From assembly GCA_963780035.1 (NCBI GenBank), contig CAWAAG010000024.1:96290-160289 (forward strand): a stretch of 64,000 bases of DNA. The letters are read 5' to 3'. Under the pieces are notes generated by a model, which was not told the DNA's origin, ran no database searches, and was given only the letters and a program-made list of their open reading frames with translations. The translations under genes were made by a program, and so were the position numbers. The stretch comes from an uncultured Acidobacteriota bacterium (GTDB lineage: Bacteria; Acidobacteriota; Terriglobia; Acidiferrales; UBA7541). This document shows positions 62,482 to 64,000 of this stretch, piece after piece (the stretch's first letter is position 1; each line of letters starts with the position of its first letter).

Positions 62482-64000
62482 GCTGTTCTCCCGGCGCCGA
62501 GGACTTTTCTTGAGCGATTTCGTGGACGCGGCGGAGGTCGAGTTTGCCGCTGCCCAGGTGCGGGAGTTCGTCCACTTGGAAGAATTGGTTGGCGCGGGGG
62601 AGCCAGAGATTGGGCAGGTCGGATTTGGCTAGCTTTTCCAGGACCGGCTTCAGGGCTTCGGGGGCTAGCGTGTGGAGGACTACCAGGCGCTCGCCTTTTT
62701 TGCCGTCGGGGACGCCGGTTACTACGAATTGCTTTTCGGCGGAGTCCGCCAGCTCCTGCAACTTTTCTTCGATTTTTATGTGCGGGACCATTTCGCCGCC
62801 GATTTTGCTGAAGCGGCTGAGGCGATCGGTGATGGTTAGGAAGCCGTCTTCGTCTTGCGCGGCGATATCGCCGGTGACGTACCAGCCGTCTTGCAGGACT
62901 TCGGCGGTTTTTTCGGGCTTGCCGAGATAGCCCTTCATTACATTGGGGCCGCGGACGAGCATCAGGCCGGGAGTATCCATCGGAAGGCGCTGGCGCGTGT
63001 CGGGATCTACGATGCGGACGCTTACGCCGGGGAGCGGGTGGCCGATGCGGCCGCGTTTTGCGCCGATCTGGCGGAAACCTGGGGCGCGGAAATCGCGCGT
63101 ATTTACCGCGACCACCGGGGAACACTCCGTGGCGCCGTAGCCTTCTAGCGGTCGGATGCCGAAGCGGTCTTCAAAGGCTAGCGCTAGCGGTTCGGGCAGT
63201 TTTTCCGCGCCTACCACTACGAATTGCAGGCTGCCGAAATCTTCGGGGAGGCAGCGGCGCGTGTAGGCTTGGAGGAAAGTGGGAGTGGCGAGGAGGAAGG
63301 TGACGCGATAGTCGCGGACTAGTTCGCTGACGGCTACGAGATCGAGCGGGCTCGGATGAAAGGCTACTCCTACGCCCATTACGGCGGGGAGCCAGAGCGT
63401 GACGGTGAAGCCGAAGGAGTGGAAGAACGGGAGGACGCCGAGGAGCACGTCACCTTTGGCTAGCATGAAGGTTTGGCCCATCTGGTCAATATTGGACATG
63501 ATGTTGTAGTGGGTGAGCATCACGCCTTTGGGTTCGCCGGTGCTGCCGCTGGAGAAGATTATGGTGGCTAGATCGTCGAGGGATTTGGTTTTGCCGGCGC
63601 TGCTGAGCGTGCGTTCCAGTAATTTGCTTGGCAGGAACCAGAGGAGTAATGCGGTCATGCGTTCTAGGAAACGCGGGGCGGCGGCTGCTTCTTCGAGCAG
63701 GATGGTTTTTCCCGGGACTTGCAGCGGTATTTTTTCCAGCAGGAGTTTGGTGGTGATTACCGTTGCGATCTGGCACTGCTCGGCGCAGGAGGCGAGGGTT
63801 TCGTTGGAGGCGGTGTAATTCAGATTTACCGGGATTTTTCCGCTGAGCGAGGCGGCGAAATTCACCAGGGCGCCGGGGACTGATGGCGGCAGGAGAATGC
63901 CGACCATTTCCTGGCCTTGCCAGGTTTGGCGGAGGCGGCGGGCTAGAAATATGGCGCTGAGGAGCGCGCTGCCCCAGGTCATGCGCGGGCGGCGTTTATC
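62471..64000 (-). CDS. AMP-dependent synthetase/ligase (acyl-ACP synthetase/Aas-like adenylation domain), 5' end probably outside the window
   Basis: AMP-binding motifs IIFSSGSTGEPKGV, GYGATE, YVTGD and GGEMV. The reading frame stays open from 63982 to the window edge, so the gene may continue (Aas-type proteins have an N-terminal acyltransferase). Confidence 0.8.
   Translation of the reverse strand, partial: DKRRPRMTWGSALLSAIFLARRLRQTWQGQEMVGILLPPSVPGALVNFAASLSGKIPVNLNYTASNETLASCAEQCQIATVITTKLLLEKIPLQVPGKTILLEEAAAAPRFLERMTALLLWFLPSKLLERTLSSAGKTKSLDDLATIIFSSGSTGEPKGVMLTHYNIMSNIDQMGQTFMLAKGDVLLGVLPFFHSFGFTVTLWLPAVMGVGVAFHPSPLDLVAVSELVRDYRVTFLLATPTFLQAYTRRCLPEDFGSLQFVVVGAEKLPEPLALAFEDRFGIRPLEGYGATECSPVVAVNTRDFRAPGFRQIGAKRGRIGHPLPGVSVRIVDPDTRQRLPMDTPGLMLVRGPNVMKGYLGKPEKTAEVLQDGWYVTGDIAAQDEDGFLTITDRLSRFSKIGGEMVPHIKIEEKLQELADSAEKQFVVTGVPDGKKGERLVVLHTLAPEALKPVLEKLAKSDLPNLWLPRANQFFQVDELPHLGSGKLDLRRVHEIAQEKSSAPGEQHDA

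Overview
High-GC bacterial chromosomal segment (GC not computed). Gene content and the dense short palindromic REP-like repeats suggest an Acidobacteriota/Terriglobia-like genome; that is inference only. About 52 protein-coding genes are supportable. I found no rRNA, tRNA, CRISPR array, transposase or integrase. Most of the window is core housekeeping:
- two amino-acid permeases
- two convergent PP2C/SpoIIE phosphatases
- an LPS inner-core cluster: waaA-lpxK, split heptose kinase and adenylyltransferase, a GT9 heptosyltransferase and an ICMT-like methyltransferase
- comEC and rlmD
- coaX-birA-valS
- a response regulator with a very long acidic tail, bamD and rpe
- an ABC-2 exporter
- a Ser/Thr kinase with a TolB-like propeller
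- aroC-def-fmt-rsmB followed by a kinase-less PASTA protein
- mlaEFD

The clearest accessory region is about 57.1-61.0 kb. It holds a 769-aa AAA_13-type ATPase whose motifs match an RloC/PrrC-like anticodon nuclease, an apparently orphan XRE antitoxin-like gene, and an AbrB-Doc toxin-antitoxin pair. REP-element clusters flank it on both sides.

Other points worth a second look:
- a palindromic REP element sits in frame inside fmt
- REP hairpins carry compensatory stem substitutions and a nested insertion
- a ~136-bp direct repeat brackets a one-gene dehydrogenase insert and leaves a 5' remnant of the ABC ATPase gene
- an alkaline-phosphatase-superfamily gene appears to be decaying at its 5' end
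- a tandem array of a hairpin repeat lies at 61.46-61.83 kb

Many long ORFs in the six-frame track are antisense shadow ORFs typical of high-GC DNA and were not called. Several start codons were moved downstream of the track starts.
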